Position numbers and translations under genes: made by a program | Notes under the pieces: model-generated | What the model saw: the letters and a program-made list of their open reading frames with translations, nothing else | Told to the model about the DNA's origin: nothing | Database searches by the model: none | DNA from: Patescibacteria group bacterium | Lineage (GTDB): Bacteria; Patescibacteriota; Microgenomatia; JAMCYU01 | NCBI GenBank assembly: GCA_023473585.1 | Contig: JAMCYU010000001.1 | Coordinates: 2,507 to 66,506, forward strand | Length of the DNA: 64,000 nt | Direction: 5' to 3' | Shown: positions 63,378 through 64,000 of the stretch, in pieces | Position numbering within the stretch: position 1 is the stretch's first letter | Layout of the letters: every line of letters starts with the position of its first letter

Positions 63378-64000
63378 ATGACAAAAAAGAAAAAACTACT
63401 AATATTTTGCCTAAAATTATTTCTTATTGGTCTTCTTCTTTATAATCTCGGCGCTGTTGTTTCGGAAAATAAAGAGAAATATTTTACTTTTGATTACTGG
63501 CAGAGGTTTCCGTCCTTAAAATTTATTTATGAAAATTCGCAATATGTAACGAAAACGCCTATCGGATGGATTCCCGACGAAATAATTTATTCTTATAATG
63601 GACCGGCCCTTGTTAAGGGTGGCTCGCCGATTTTAATCGTTCCCGATTCCCCACCACTGGGTAAATATTTAATCGGCCTGTCTGCTTTAATTTTTAATAA
63701 TGAAAAACTTGTTATTCTTTTCTCCGGCTTTTTAAGCTTCTTTTTTCTTTATCTTCTAGGCAAACAATTATTTAATAATACCATTCTCGCTCTTTTACCC
63801 TGTGTTTTTTTAAGCTTTGAAAAACTCATCTTAAATCAGTTTGTTTTTGTTCCTCTTTTAGATATAATTCAGCTTCCGTTTCTTCTTTCCTGTTTTTATT
63901 TCTTTAATAAAGGCCTCGCTGGAAAAAAGAAAAAACAACTTCTCTATTTCTCTCTCTCGTCAATTTTATTAGGCTGTTTTATTGCCACTAAATTTTTTGT
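63378..64000 (+). CDS. PMT/ArnT-family GT-C membrane glycosyltransferase (N-terminal part; continues beyond window)
   Basis: Open frame from ATG 63378 to the window end with no stop. MTKKKKLLIFCLKLFLIGLLLYNLGAV… TM helix. First-loop DE motif …GWIPDEIIYSYNGPAL…. …PDSPPLGKYLIGL… resembles the HPPLGKYL signature of PMT/ArnT (COG1807) enzymes. Confidence 0.6.
   Translation, partial: MTKKKKLLIFCLKLFLIGLLLYNLGAVVSENKEKYFTFDYWQRFPSLKFIYENSQYVTKTPIGWIPDEIIYSYNGPALVKGGSPILIVPDSPPLGKYLIGLSALIFNNEKLVILFSGFLSFFFLYLLGKQLFNNTILALLPCVFLSFEKLILNQFVFVPLLDIIQLPFLLSCFYFFNKGLAGKKKKQLLYFSLSSILLGCFIATKFF

Overview
This 64 kb window is about 38-40% GC and almost entirely coding. With two exceptions (36826-38253 and 56497-57537) and a partial gene at the 3' edge, every confidently called gene is on the minus strand, forming a single co-directional array from ~62.3 kb down to position 1.

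Three functional blocks are visible.

(1) 1-17007: a highly consolidated division/cell-wall (dcw) cluster. Reading 5'->3' on the minus strand it runs mraZ-rsmH-ftsL-ftsI-murE-pgeF-murC-murB-murA-(GlmU-like nucleotidyltransferase)-ddl-murF-dgkA-mraY-murD-ftsW-murG. murG is cut by the window edge. Almost the whole cytoplasmic and lipid-linked peptidoglycan pathway sits in one operon-like block.

(2) 17172-21501: housekeeping genes. These are an eukaryote/archaeal-type alpha2 glycyl-tRNA synthetase, recO, a hypothetical secreted protein, and a DUF4012-like membrane protein.

(3) 21547-64000: a very large cell-surface glycan / glycosylation island.
- It encodes an initiating phosphoglycosyl transferase, a GDP-mannose pyrophosphorylase-like enzyme and GalE.
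- It has more than 10 GT4 and 6 GT2 glycosyltransferases, two hexapeptide-repeat acetyltransferases and a SAM methyltransferase.
- It has a B12-binding radical SAM enzyme.
- It has at least 7 polytopic GT-C-like membrane proteins. These include a 997-aa fusion of an O-antigen-ligase (Wzy_C)-like domain to a PMT/ArnT-like domain. They also include three tandem paralogous giant membrane proteins of 686, 1125 and 691 aa, flanked by a GtrB/CsbB-like GT2 and a GtrA-like small membrane protein.
- It carries a CDP-3,6-dideoxyhexose (ddhA/ddhB/ddhC-type) sugar-nucleotide sub-cluster that also contains an acetolactate-synthase-like TPP enzyme and a class-I aminotransferase.

A striking sequence-level feature is the repeated occurrence of roughly 35-nt tracts made of five tandem heptanucleotides. 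On the plus strand the units are ATACTTG, GTATTTG, ACTTTTG or AGCAGCA. The tracts are embedded in-frame inside ORFs: murE, several GT4 genes and one of the giant membrane proteins. One GT4 gene is split into two overlapping ORFs next to such a tract.

No tRNA, rRNA, CRISPR array, transposase or integrase was recognised. The gene content and organisation are consistent with a reduced-genome CPR/Patescibacteria-like bacterium, but that is inference only. All functional calls rest on motif-level recognition of the translated ORFs; no database search was possible.
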